The position numbers and the translations under genes are program-made. A stretch of DNA of 64,000 bases from a virus: IMG/VR virus record IMGVR_UViG_3300045988_137804, positions 1 through 64,000 of that record. The stretch is one strand, 5' to 3'. The notes under the pieces were generated by a model, which had not been told where the DNA came from, did no database searches, and saw nothing but the letters and a program-made list of their open reading frames with translations. Within the stretch, counting starts at the first letter, position 1. Every line of letters begins with the position of its first letter. Positions 8,667 to 17,718 of this stretch are shown in pieces.

Positions 8667-9311
8667 ATGAGTACAATTGAGAAAATGAGTGTTCACAAAG
8701 CATTAGCAGAGTTAAAGATTATTGATTCCAGAATTGAGAGATCAATTGATGATGCACAGTTCTGTGTAGCAAACAAACATTCTAATGAAAAGATTAATGG
8801 TATTCCGGTTGAGGACGCTAAGAAGTTAATGGTTGGAAGTTACGACAAAGCATCAGATCTTATTAAGAGAAGAAATGCAATCAAGAGAGCAGTTGTGCTT
8901 TCTAATGCTAAGACAATTGTTACGATTGCAGACAGAGAATATACTGTTGCAGAAGCAATTGAGATGAAAAATCATGGCATTGAGTTTGAGGAATTTCTTT
9001 TAAATGAAATGAGATGTCAATACGCAGATGCTAATAGAACTATCTCAGCAGAGAATGGCGAAAAACTGAGTGAAAGAGCAGATAAATTTGTCATTGACAT
9101 GTATGGATCAAAAGAGGGTAAAACAAATACTGCTGATTTTGAGAAAGCAAAGAAAGATTTTATCACAGCAAATTCTTATGACTTGGTTGATCCACTTGAT
9201 ATCAAGAAGAAGATTGATGAATTGGAAGAATATATCTCAAACTTCAAGACAGAAGTAGATGCTGCATTAAGTGTTAGCAATGCTATTACAGAAACTACTG
9301 TAGAGTATTAG
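8667..9311 (+). CDS. hypothetical protein
   Basis: ORF with the RBS aaaggagaa. Confidence 0.35.
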   Translation: MSTIEKMSVHKALAELKIIDSRIERSIDDAQFCVANKHSNEKINGIPVEDAKKLMVGSYDKASDLIKRRNAIKRAVVLSNAKTIVTIADREYTVAEAIEMKNHGIEFEEFLLNEMRCQYADANRTISAENGEKLSERADKFVIDMYGSKEGKTNTADFEKAKKDFITANSYDLVDPLDIKKKIDELEEYISNFKTEVDAALSVSNAITETTVEY

Positions 9312-9740
9312 AGAATATATAAATAGGAAATTATTTCACTGTTTGCTGAAAACTTAGAACTACAATCATTCAGACTTTTGCAAGTATAGCCTGAATCAAA
9401 ATAATAAAGAAGCTTGCAACATAATAAAACATAAAAAGCAAGTATAGCAAATTATTACAGGAATGCTTGATGCACAGTGTTGAGCGTTTATAAATTACAA
9501 GATGACTGTAAAGAGTAAAGTTCAAATGTCAAGTAGTAAAGCTCAAAATTCAAAGATTATTTTTTATGTAAAGTTTAAGCAGTAAATAGTAAAGATATAA
9601 AGTTTTATAAAATCTTCGACAAACAGTTTTCAGTATGATTGTACTTGGCTGTAAGTTGTCTGCGAAGCTAGTAAATGGTGAATTAATTAATAAATGTCAA
9701 CCTACATAATAATATGCATAGTTGTCGTGAGGGTTGGCAA
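9312..9740. repeat. AT-rich non-coding region with iteron-like direct repeats: AGTAAAG in at least 4 copies and GCAAGTATAGC in 2 copies
   Basis: gagtaaagttcaaa, tagtaaagctcaaaa, atgtaaagtttaag and tagtaaagatataaag; ttgcaagtatagcctg and aaagcaagtatagcaaat. Confidence 0.4.
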
Positions 9741-9744
9741 ATAT

Positions 9745-9833
9745 GGATCATTACATCAACTGGTAAGATGAGCTGCCTCATAAGCAGAAAGCCCTAATAA
9801 GGTATAAACTGGGTTCGACTCCCAGATGATCCA
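9745..9833 (+). tRNA. Class II (long variable arm) tRNA whose anticodon loop CUCAUAA gives anticodon CAU; identity unclear
   Basis: Acceptor ggatcat/atgatcc, D-arm catc-aactggtaa-gatg, anticodon stem gctgc/gcaga, 20-nt variable arm, T-arm ctggg-ttcgact-cccag. Confidence 0.5.
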
Positions 9834-9969
9834 CTGTATCTGAATATTCACAGAATGTGTTATTCGTTTCCTTTCTTTCTATGAACATTCTAGTTCAGAT
9901 ACAATGTTTTTCATAACTTCCTTTTGTTTGGTTGGCAACTTACCATATAGACAAAAAAGTTGCAATAAT

Positions 9970-10038
9970 GGGCTGTGGTGTAATGGTAGCACATAATACT
10001 TTGACTATTATAGATCCAGTTCAAATCTGGACAGCCTA
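9970..10038 (+). tRNA. tRNA-Gln (anticodon UUG)
   Basis: Acceptor gggctgt/acagcct (G1-U72 wobble), anticodon arm taata-cttTTGac-tatta, T-arm ccag-ttcaaat-ctgg. Confidence 0.6.
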
Positions 10039-10124
10039 GCTTGTGAGATTTTGGAACGTCTCACAAATATTACTCCTTTCATGGGTTATTTATAGTGCAA
10101 AAGATGTGCAGAAATGCACATCGA

Positions 10125-10208
10125 GCTGGCATGGCGGAATTGGTAGACGCAATGGACTTAAAATCCATCGGTAAAAACACACCATACGAGTTCGAGTCTC
10201 GTTGCCAG
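10125..10208 (+). tRNA. tRNA-Leu (anticodon UAA), class II
   Basis: Acceptor gctggca/tgccagt, anticodon arm atgga-cuUAAaa-tccat, variable arm ggtaaaaacacc, T-arm acgag-ttcgagt-ctcgt. Confidence 0.7.
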
Positions 10209-10367
10209 TATTAGCCATATGAGACACTTATTCCCTGAGCAAGAATGATGAAGTCGGTACAAAAGTGCTCAATTTCTGTATTTTACATTCGTGTGTTATG
10301 CAAGCAGCACGAATGACATATGGCATTAACCCCCAACATAGGGTATTTACATTTTACAAAAATGGTT

Positions 10368-10437
10368 TGGCTGTTAGTTCAGTGGGAAGAACATCTATTG
10401 CAAGAGAGGGTCACAGGTTCGAGTCCTGTACAGTCAA
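10368..10437 (+). tRNA. tRNA-like element, possibly a pseudogene: canonical acceptor, D- and T-arms but no foldable anticodon stem
   Basis: Acceptor tggctgt/acagtca, D-arm gttc-agtgggaa-gaac, T-arm acagg-ttcgagt-cctgt; only 20 nt lie between the D- and T-arms, and the stem there is poor. Confidence 0.3.
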
Positions 10438-10501
10438 CTTGACGCAGAAAACATTTGATTTTTGCATTCATGTTTTGCACGCCTCATTTCTTCAATGTGC
10501 A

Positions 10502-10623
10502 AAGTAGATTGTTAGTTCATTGGTAGAATATCTTATTGAAAAATAATGTAATCCTGTTCTTTTCGCTTTCTTAACGATGTGATGCATTATTAATAGGAAG
10601 AAACACGTTCGAATCGTGTGCAA
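10502..10623 (+). tRNA. tRNA-like element with a roughly 50-nt insertion at the anticodon-loop position (possible intron-containing or disrupted tRNA; the loop starts uuGAAaa)
   Basis: Acceptor agattgt/gcaatct, D-arm gttc-attggta-gaat, half-stems tctta (10527-31) and tagga (10590-94), T-arm acacg-ttcgaat-cgtgt. Confidence 0.3.
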
Positions 10624-10714
10624 TCTATCAGTCTTGGTTGACTTACCACTTTCAAACGAGGACTTTAAATTCGGTAGTAAAGTGGAGAATAATAATCATA
10701 GGTGGTGAAAAATT

Positions 10715-11056
10715 ATGAGATGTCCGTATTGTGACAAAGAAATGATTAAGAAGTACAAGATTAAGCACTTCTGTAATTTCGATGATCCGTGTGACTCATG
10801 GGAAAAAGAAATACATATCTGTAAGAAGTGTGGTATCAAGAAAGTAGATGGCAAGTGGAAGATTCCACATAAGTACAGAAGACCATCAACTAATCAGATT
10901 CGCAGATGCAAGACTTTAGCTAAGATACACGACATAGATTTTGAGCCACTTCTTGCCAGACAATGCAAGAGATTCATCACAACAATGCTGAAAAAGTTAT
11001 ATGTTCAGGATCATTATTGTGATGGAGAACTCCATATCATTGGAGAGAATAAATAA
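10715..11056 (+). CDS. hypothetical zinc-finger protein
   Basis: CPYC...CKKCG. Confidence 0.35.
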   Translation: MRCPYCDKEMIKKYKIKHFCNFDDPCDSWEKEIHICKKCGIKKVDGKWKIPHKYRRPSTNQIRRCKTLAKIHDIDFEPLLARQCKRFITTMLKKLYVQDHYCDGELHIIGENK

Positions 11057-11074
11057 GAAAAGGAGATAAGAAAC

Positions 11075-11314
11075 ATGACAAGAGAAGAAAGAATGCAGAA
11101 AAGAAGAGACGCAGGTAAGGTTTATACTTACAAGAAAAATCCTTACGAGAAAGGAACTAAAGAGTGGGTTAAGGAAGAATGTGCGAGAGCAGAGAAAAGA
11201 AAATCCAAGAAACCACATTACGCTAAGATGACTTCTGTGTTTGCCAAGTTAGATAATGAGCTTGCAAAGGCTGAACTTGCTGCAAAGAAGAAGTCTAAAA
11301 AAGAGGGTAAGTAA
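11075..11314 (+). CDS. small basic protein
   Basis: Lys/Arg-rich; RBS aaaggag. Confidence 0.3.
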   Translation: MTREERMQKRRDAGKVYTYKKNPYEKGTKEWVKEECARAEKRKSKKPHYAKMTSVFAKLDNELAKAELAAKKKSKKEGK

Positions 11315-11551
11315 ATGAGAGAAACTTTATTTTGGATTACCATTATCGTTGGAATCGGACTTGGTATTTACACTGGTGGTTGGTTGTTATTTATTAAACC
11401 GATTATTGTTGCATGTGCTGCATATGACGCAGGGACACTTACAGGAAGTATGATTGGATGGACAATTATCAAATGTTTGGTGTTTGCACCAATTGTTGCA
11501 AGAGTAATTATAAATGTTACACTTACGATTGCAGGAGATATTTTGGATTAA
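11315..11551 (+). CDS. small membrane protein (2-3 TM segments)
   Basis: Hydrophobic segments WITIIVGIGLGIYTGGWLLFI and LVFAPIVARVIINVTLTIA. Confidence 0.35.
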   Translation: MRETLFWITIIVGIGLGIYTGGWLLFIKPIIVACAAYDAGTLTGSMIGWTIIKCLVFAPIVARVIINVTLTIAGDILD

Positions 11552-11572
11552 TTTCAATAGGAGAACAAACCA

Positions 11573-11848
11573 ATGATAGAGATTATCGAAACTAATCTTG
11601 CTATAGATGAGAATAAAGATATTAGAGATCATCAGTCTAGAGTAGTTCTTGCAGATGATTGGGAGTCTTATTGCGAAGCATATGAAAAGTATGACGGATC
11701 AAGAGTGACATTTCCATCAAAGAGTCCTGGTGCTAGTATCTATGAAGACAGTAAAATAGAAGATTTAGAATATGACGAGTATCATTTGCATTGCAGAATT
11801 AATAAAGTATATTTTACAGATACAAGATTGGCATACAAAATCAGTTAA
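11573..11848 (+). CDS. hypothetical protein
   Basis: ORF with the RBS ggagaa. Confidence 0.3.
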   Translation: MIEIIETNLAIDENKDIRDHQSRVVLADDWESYCEAYEKYDGSRVTFPSKSPGASIYEDSKIEDLEYDEYHLHCRINKVYFTDTRLAYKIS

Positions 11849-11943
11849 TCACTTTTGAGCAATTCGCTCACAATTTCAAATCAAAATTGAATAGAGAATA
11901 TAAATTTAGAGGTTGCACAGCGTACCTTTGGTTTCTTGTAAAA

Positions 11944-11980
11944 TTGACACACTATATATAGTGTTTATAAATAATATAAA
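11944..11980 (+). promoter_or_regulatory. sigma-70-like promoter TTGACA-N16-TATAAA upstream of the SSB-like gene
   Basis: aaaattgacacactatatatagtgtttataaat; a second TTGACA follows about 45 bp downstream. Confidence 0.35.
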
Positions 11981-12133
11981 TACAATATATTGACATAAAA
12001 ACACCATAAAATCGCTGTTTCATATAGATTTTTGCATAAATTTATTTTTGTGTTCCGTCCGGTTGGGCGTTTAGATAGATTGTTTTATTAACAATATTTA
12101 CATAAATTTTTTATTTTTAAGGAGGATTTTCTG

Positions 12134-13162
12134 ATGGCAGAAAAGAAAAAAGGTATTGATTTACCACAGACAAAAGGAACATTTCAGGTAAGAGGTAAGG
12201 TTAGTGGTACACAGAAAGATAATTTCTATGTCGAAAAGCTTACAAAAACAAACAAGCCTTGGAGATCAACAAGTTTTGGAATTGAATTCAATCCAGGTTC
12301 TACAATGTATGTTGGTTTAAATGGAATGGAAAGAGATGTTGTCAAGTTTTCAAAAAAAGATAACGAAACAGGTAAATATGTTTCAAAAGATGTTCCTTGG
12401 AAAGACCGTTTTACATTCAATGAGGAAGGTTATGGGCTGATGGGTGTAAAAGTTGGTGTTGAAAAAGTAAAAGACGAAAAAGGCAACGATGTAAACAATA
12501 AGAAAACTCTTGTTGAATTTGATGCTGCAAAAGAGATTTCCGACCATCTCGTTGATGATAAGACAGTATTTGTAAAAGGAAGAATTGAGTATGGAAGTTA
12601 CAATGACAGTCATACAACAAAATTTGTTCCTAGTCAGGTATCACTTGCAAAAGATATTGACTTTGAAGCAGAAGATTTTAATTCACTTGCAGACTTCACA
12701 CAGACAATTGTATTTATGTCAGTCACACCAAACGATGATAAAACAAAAGCGACTGTTGAAGCAAAGATTGTTAATTACGATTCCATTGAAGATGCAGAAT
12801 TTGTAATTACAGATATGGGTCTTGCTCGTGTATTCGCAAAACAGCTTAAGCCATACACAAGTATCAAAGTATGGGGAAATATTTCTGTAGAAAAAGATAC
12901 AACAGAAGTTGAGACAACAGATTGTTGGGGACAGAAAAATAATATGGAGCGTGTAAACACACCTACAGTTCGTGAACTTATTATCACTGGTGCTGATCCG
13001 GAGACAATCGACACAGAAACATACACAGAAGCAGAGATTGACAGAGCAATCGAAACAATCAAGGCATCCAAAGAAGCTGCTAAAGACTTTGGTGGTTCTG
13101 AAAATGGTACATGGGGTTCAGTTCACGCAGGTTCAGAAGATGATGATAATGCAGGTTGGTAA
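12134..13162 (+). CDS. putative ssDNA-binding protein
   Basis: Heads the replication module and has an acidic C-terminal tail ending in an aromatic residue (SEDDDNAGW), typical of SSB C-termini. Confidence 0.4.
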   Translation: MAEKKKGIDLPQTKGTFQVRGKVSGTQKDNFYVEKLTKTNKPWRSTSFGIEFNPGSTMYVGLNGMERDVVKFSKKDNETGKYVSKDVPWKDRFTFNEEGYGLMGVKVGVEKVKDEKGNDVNNKKTLVEFDAAKEISDHLVDDKTVFVKGRIEYGSYNDSHTTKFVPSQVSLAKDIDFEAEDFNSLADFTQTIVFMSVTPNDDKTKATVEAKIVNYDSIEDAEFVITDMGLARVFAKQLKPYTSIKVWGNISVEKDTTEVETTDCWGQKNNMERVNTPTVRELIITGADPETIDTETYTEAEIDRAIETIKASKEAAKDFGGSENGTWGSVHAGSEDDDNAGW

Positions 13163-13217
13163 AAACCAATCTGCAACTAACGAAGTGATTATTTTTAAAA
13201 TTTAGGAGGAATTACAC

Positions 13218-14384
13218 ATGGCAACAGGACGTGGTGGAAAGAAAATTAAGACAAGACTTGGATTTTTACTTTATGGAGCATACGGAACATGGAAATCTAG
13301 CTTTTGTCTTGAGTCAATGAAACTTGTAAATGAAGATGGAAGTCCGTTTAAGGTATTGTTTATTGATCCAGAAAACGGTGGTATTGACACATACTTAGAT
13401 AAGTACGAAGAAGAGGGTTATGATCTTCAGAATATTTACATCGTATACACACAGTCACTTTCCGAGGTGAGCGAATTTATTAAGAGGGCAAAAGACGGAG
13501 ATGACTTTTACGAATTTGATGATGACGGAAATGAAACAGATGAAGTATATCTTGATTCTGATGGAAAACCATTTAGACCAGACATGATTGTTGTTGACGG
13601 AGCAACACTTCTTTACACAGCAAAACAGCAGAGTATTATTGAATTCTCAAAGAAGAGAGCAACCGTAAGAGCTAAGAAAAATGAACTTACAGGAATGTCA
13701 AAAGAAGTTGCAATCGAAGGCGCAGGAATGGAGCAGAAAGATTGGGGAACACTGAAGTTTGATGGTCAGAATTTAATTCTTGATCTTCTTGCATCTGGAA
13801 AACACTTTGCTGTTACATCAAGAGAGAAACCAGAAACCGATCAGTTTAAAGACAAGAATGGTGAGTTTAAAACTGTAAGAACTGGTGCATTTGTTCCTGA
13901 TGGATTTAAAGATGTTGGATACAACTGCAAAACTGTAATCCGTATGTTTAAAGACGATGATGGAATTATCAAAGGTCTTATTGACAACAAAGACAGAACT
14001 CTTGTACATCAGCAGAATGAAGTAATTATTGAACCATCCATTCTTGATTGGCAGACAGCAATCACAAAGAATAAAGACAAAAAAGACTTTGTTGTACAGA
14101 ACAACATGAACTCTGCGATCCAGAAAGAACTCAAGGCTGTTGAAAAAGATAATGCTAAGTATGATTCAGAGTTTGAAGAGAAGTCTGAAACAAATGTAGG
14201 TTCAGACCTTAAAACAGTAGAGGATTACTGTGATGCAATCAAAGCTGTTATTACAGCACTTCCTGCAACAGAAAAGAACAAAAAACAGACAGAGATTACA
14301 AAAGCAGGTCTTCCAAAGGCTTATATGAAGTTGACAGACATTGAAGAACTGAAGAAATATTACGATATTGTTTCTGCTAAATAA
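13218..14384 (+). CDS. P-loop NTPase, RecA/Sak4-like (putative recombination or helicase-loader ATPase)
   Basis: Walker A-like LYGAYGTWKSS, with IVVDGATLLY suggesting Walker B. Confidence 0.4.
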   Translation: MATGRGGKKIKTRLGFLLYGAYGTWKSSFCLESMKLVNEDGSPFKVLFIDPENGGIDTYLDKYEEEGYDLQNIYIVYTQSLSEVSEFIKRAKDGDDFYEFDDDGNETDEVYLDSDGKPFRPDMIVVDGATLLYTAKQQSIIEFSKKRATVRAKKNELTGMSKEVAIEGAGMEQKDWGTLKFDGQNLILDLLASGKHFAVTSREKPETDQFKDKNGEFKTVRTGAFVPDGFKDVGYNCKTVIRMFKDDDGIIKGLIDNKDRTLVHQQNEVIIEPSILDWQTAITKNKDKKDFVVQNNMNSAIQKELKAVEKDNAKYDSEFEEKSETNVGSDLKTVEDYCDAIKAVITALPATEKNKKQTEITKAGLPKAYMKLTDIEELKKYYDIVSAK

Positions 14385-14448
14385 ACTAAATTTATAAAAA
14401 CGTTACGCCAGTATATTTTTATATGCTGGTGTAACTATTGGAGAAAAA

Positions 14449-15135
14449 ATGGCTAGAAGTAAAAAATACAAATGCGGATATTGTAAAAATGAAATAAATT
14501 TAGAAAAAGAAGATGAGCAATCATATTTTTTTATAGTAGACGAAAAAAGAAATACTAGAAAATGTTTTCATTGTGATTGTTTTGTAGAACATCAGACTTC
14601 AAAAAAGAAAAAACCATTAACTGTCGATGAATGTATTGAAAAAATTGACCAATATAGAACATTGGAAAAACAGTACGAAGATAAAATCCAAAAAAGTGAA
14701 AATCCAAGAAATCAATTGTTTGAATATGTAATGGACATGTATGATTTAACTTTTGTGCCATCATATTTTTATGTAAGAATGAGCGAAGTTTTTAATGGTA
14801 GTTACAAAGGACTTAGCAAGCCAGTTCCACCGGAAGACTTATTGGACATGTGGCAACAAAAAAGAAATTTTCTTTTACAGAATGCGGAAAAACAAAGAAA
14901 ACGTGACAAGAATATAGATGGTATTTCAAGAGTATGGTATGACATGTCTATTTTGCTTTCCAGATACGATGCGTATTTAGATTGGAAAGAAAAACAAAAA
15001 TTAGCAATGATTGATATAGAAGAAAAGAAGAAAGAAAGCATTGACTTTGTTAAATACAATGACATTGTTAAAAATTCAAATACAAAGAAAGAGAATAATG
15101 CAATAGATATCAATTCAATGCTTGATGAAATTTAA
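14449..15135 (+). CDS. hypothetical protein with an N-terminal Cys cluster
   Basis: CGYCKNE...CFHCDC. Confidence 0.3.
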   Translation: MARSKKYKCGYCKNEINLEKEDEQSYFFIVDEKRNTRKCFHCDCFVEHQTSKKKKPLTVDECIEKIDQYRTLEKQYEDKIQKSENPRNQLFEYVMDMYDLTFVPSYFYVRMSEVFNGSYKGLSKPVPPEDLLDMWQQKRNFLLQNAEKQRKRDKNIDGISRVWYDMSILLSRYDAYLDWKEKQKLAMIDIEEKKKESIDFVKYNDIVKNSNTKKENNAIDINSMLDEI

Positions 15136-15141
15136 AGGCAG

Positions 15142-16671
15142 GTGTTTTCAATGGAGATAATTAGTAACGTAACAAATGAAATATTGCTCGTTGGAAGCAT
15201 ATACAAAAAACCAGATTTGTTTGTAGAACATGGTAATAACATTAGGTCAAAATATGATTTTTATGATGAAGCAACAAAGTTCTTTTATGACAATGCAGAA
15301 ATTTTATATAAGACTCGCAGCCAGGAATTTAACAGAAGTATTGTTAGTACATACATGGCAGAAGAATCTGAGAGATTAAGCCTGTATAAAAAATATGGTG
15401 GATGGAAAACAATTGAAAAATGGATGGAACTTTCAGTACCAGACAATATGGCTGGGTACTATGAAGTCCTTAAAAAGTATTCGTTACTTAGAGAATATCA
15501 AAGAAATGGTTTTGATGTAAGTAAGATTGTTTCTCATCCTAAATTTGAAATGTTATCAGCAATGGATATTTACAGATTGATCCGTTCAAAAACAGATAGA
15601 ATTCATACTGTAATTTTAACGAACGAAGAAGCTGAAATATTAAATAGCAATATTCGTACAACATTATTGCACTGTATGGAAACACCTGACTTGGGACTTC
15701 AAATGCCATTTCCTATTATGAATGATATCACAAGAGGAATGAAAAAGAAGTCTGTAATGGCTGTTGGTATGCTTAGTAATGCAGGTAAAAGTAGACTTAT
15801 GACAAAGTTAATTGCTTATATTACTTTGGTATTAAAAGAAAAAGTCTTTGTTCTTTTAAACGAGATGTCTGTTGAAGAAATAAGATATGCATTAATAACA
15901 ACTGTTATTAACAATCCAGAGTTCCAAGAAATTCACGGATTAAAGATAAAAAAGAAAGAAAAAGAATTCACTCTTGGGTTATACAAAGATAACAAAGGTG
16001 AATTTATTTATCAGAAACGTGACGAATGGGGAGATATTACAGAATCTATTGAAGATTATATAGAGAGAGTCGCTGCAAACTCTGACGAATACATAAAGAT
16101 TATGCAGATTGCAGACTGGATCGAACAAGAGACACAAGGTCTTATTTTTGTAAAAGATGTTGCTTCTGCATATGATGATAAAACACTTGAATTCGAAATA
16201 AGAAAAGCACATCTTACTCTTGGAATAGATTATTTTTTCTATGATACATTCAAAAATGACATTTCCACAACTGGTGATTGGGCAGCAATGAAAGTAACAG
16301 CAACAAGGCTTACAGAAGTTGCGAAGGATCTTAATATGTTTGGCTACTTGTCAATTCAGTTGACGGACGATGCAAACTTTGTAAAACCAGACGAGCTTAC
16401 ATCAAGTAACATTGCAAACTGTAAATCAATCAAACATGTCTTACATACATTGTTTTTATTCAAAGAAATTCCAAAATCAGATTTTCATAAATATGGATAT
16501 ACTACAACAACAGATTGGGGGACTAATACAGTTCATTCGTTAGACGAGACAAAACGATATTATTGTTGTGTTTGTGATAAGAACAGATTTGGCGCAAAGA
16601 AAAAAACATTATTTGAAATAAATTTAGATTACAACATTTGGTTGGAAGTCGGAGAAATTATTAAAAAATAA
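15142..16671 (+). CDS. DnaB-like replicative DNA helicase
   Basis: Walker A GMLSNAGKS in a RecA-like C-terminal domain; gene order helicase then primase. Confidence 0.55.
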   Translation: MFSMEIISNVTNEILLVGSIYKKPDLFVEHGNNIRSKYDFYDEATKFFYDNAEILYKTRSQEFNRSIVSTYMAEESERLSLYKKYGGWKTIEKWMELSVPDNMAGYYEVLKKYSLLREYQRNGFDVSKIVSHPKFEMLSAMDIYRLIRSKTDRIHTVILTNEEAEILNSNIRTTLLHCMETPDLGLQMPFPIMNDITRGMKKKSVMAVGMLSNAGKSRLMTKLIAYITLVLKEKVFVLLNEMSVEEIRYALITTVINNPEFQEIHGLKIKKKEKEFTLGLYKDNKGEFIYQKRDEWGDITESIEDYIERVAANSDEYIKIMQIADWIEQETQGLIFVKDVASAYDDKTLEFEIRKAHLTLGIDYFFYDTFKNDISTTGDWAAMKVTATRLTEVAKDLNMFGYLSIQLTDDANFVKPDELTSSNIANCKSIKHVLHTLFLFKEIPKSDFHKYGYTTTTDWGTNTVHSLDETKRYYCCVCDKNRFGAKKKTLFEINLDYNIWLEVGEIIKK

Positions 16672-16688
16672 AGGAAGTGGTGGTTTAA

Positions 16689-17711
16689 TTGGATATCGAA
16701 TCTCTCAAAGAAAATATACTAGAAAATGATTTAATACCAGTAGTTTTAGAAGAAGTTGGATGTCATCATATCAAACATAGAGATGGGTTTTATCAATGTG
16801 CAAATCCAGATGGTGATAACACAACAGCGGTTTGTGTGTATGAAAATACCAATTTAACCACCATTAATTATACAAGAGATATAACAAACGGAAGAAAAGG
16901 TTCTGATTTAATCTCTTTAGTTGAATTTTATAAGAACGAAACATTTCCACATGCAATCAAATGGATTTGTGATGTTCTTGATATAGATTACTATTCTAAT
17001 CCAGAAGATGAACTTCCAGAAAGTCTTAAATTGACGAAAATGTTGTTAGATTTACAGGAAAATGACAATGTGGAAGAAGAGGAAAAACCATTAAAACCAA
17101 TCTCTGAAAGAATTCTTTCCTATTATAAGCCTTATGTAAATGACATGTTTCTTGAAGATAATGTTGATTACGATACACAGTCAGAATTTGAGATTGGATA
17201 TGATGAAGAAAGTAACAGAATAACAATTCCTATAAGAGATGATTTGGGAAATTTAGTTGGTGTAAAAGCAAGGTATTTTTATAGAGAAGTGCCAGAAGAT
17301 ACTATGAAATTTATCTATCTTGAAAAATGTGCAAGGTCACAAATCTTATACGGTCTGTATAAAACAATCAATTTTATAAAACAGAAAAAAAGAGTATTTG
17401 TTGTAGAAGCAGAAAAGGGTGTTCAGCAATTATGGAATGCTGGATATCAAGAAGCTGTTGCAACTGGTGGAAAAAAGATAACGCAATGTCAAATTAATAA
17501 ACTAACAAGACTTTGTGTTCCGATCATTTTTGTTTTTGACAAGGATGTTGAAAAAGAAGAATTGGATTCTATAGCAAAGCGTTTTATAGACGAAGTTGAG
17601 ATTTATGCATTGATAGATAAAGATGGAATTTTATCTAAGAAAGAATCACCGACAGATAATATAGAAAAATTTGAACAATTATTAAATAAGAATATTTATA
17701 AATTACGATAG
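16689..17711 (+). CDS. DNA primase (DnaG-like; zinc-binding N-terminus plus Toprim domain)
   Basis: CHHIKHRDGFYQCANPDGD zinc-binding region; Toprim VFVVEAEKGV...IIFVFDKDVEKE. Confidence 0.65.
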   Translation: MDIESLKENILENDLIPVVLEEVGCHHIKHRDGFYQCANPDGDNTTAVCVYENTNLTTINYTRDITNGRKGSDLISLVEFYKNETFPHAIKWICDVLDIDYYSNPEDELPESLKLTKMLLDLQENDNVEEEEKPLKPISERILSYYKPYVNDMFLEDNVDYDTQSEFEIGYDEESNRITIPIRDDLGNLVGVKARYFYREVPEDTMKFIYLEKCARSQILYGLYKTINFIKQKKRVFVVEAEKGVQQLWNAGYQEAVATGGKKITQCQINKLTRLCVPIIFVFDKDVEKEELDSIAKRFIDEVEIYALIDKDGILSKKESPTDNIEKFEQLLNKNIYKLR

Positions 17712-17718
17712 GAGTGAT

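Noticed and set aside
10265-10507. 80-aa ORF across the tRNA cluster
   Set aside because: It overlaps two tRNA / tRNA-like structures and has no RBS; it is spurious.
10502-10623. Reading the 58-nt insertion in the tRNA-like element as a group I intron
   Set aside because: It is far too short for a self-splicing group I intron (usually over 200 nt) and has no P1-P9 architecture; it is kept only as an unexplained insertion.
12226-13071. Several minus-strand ORFs inside the SSB-like gene
   Set aside because: They lie antisense within a gene that has a strong promoter, an RBS and consistent codon usage.
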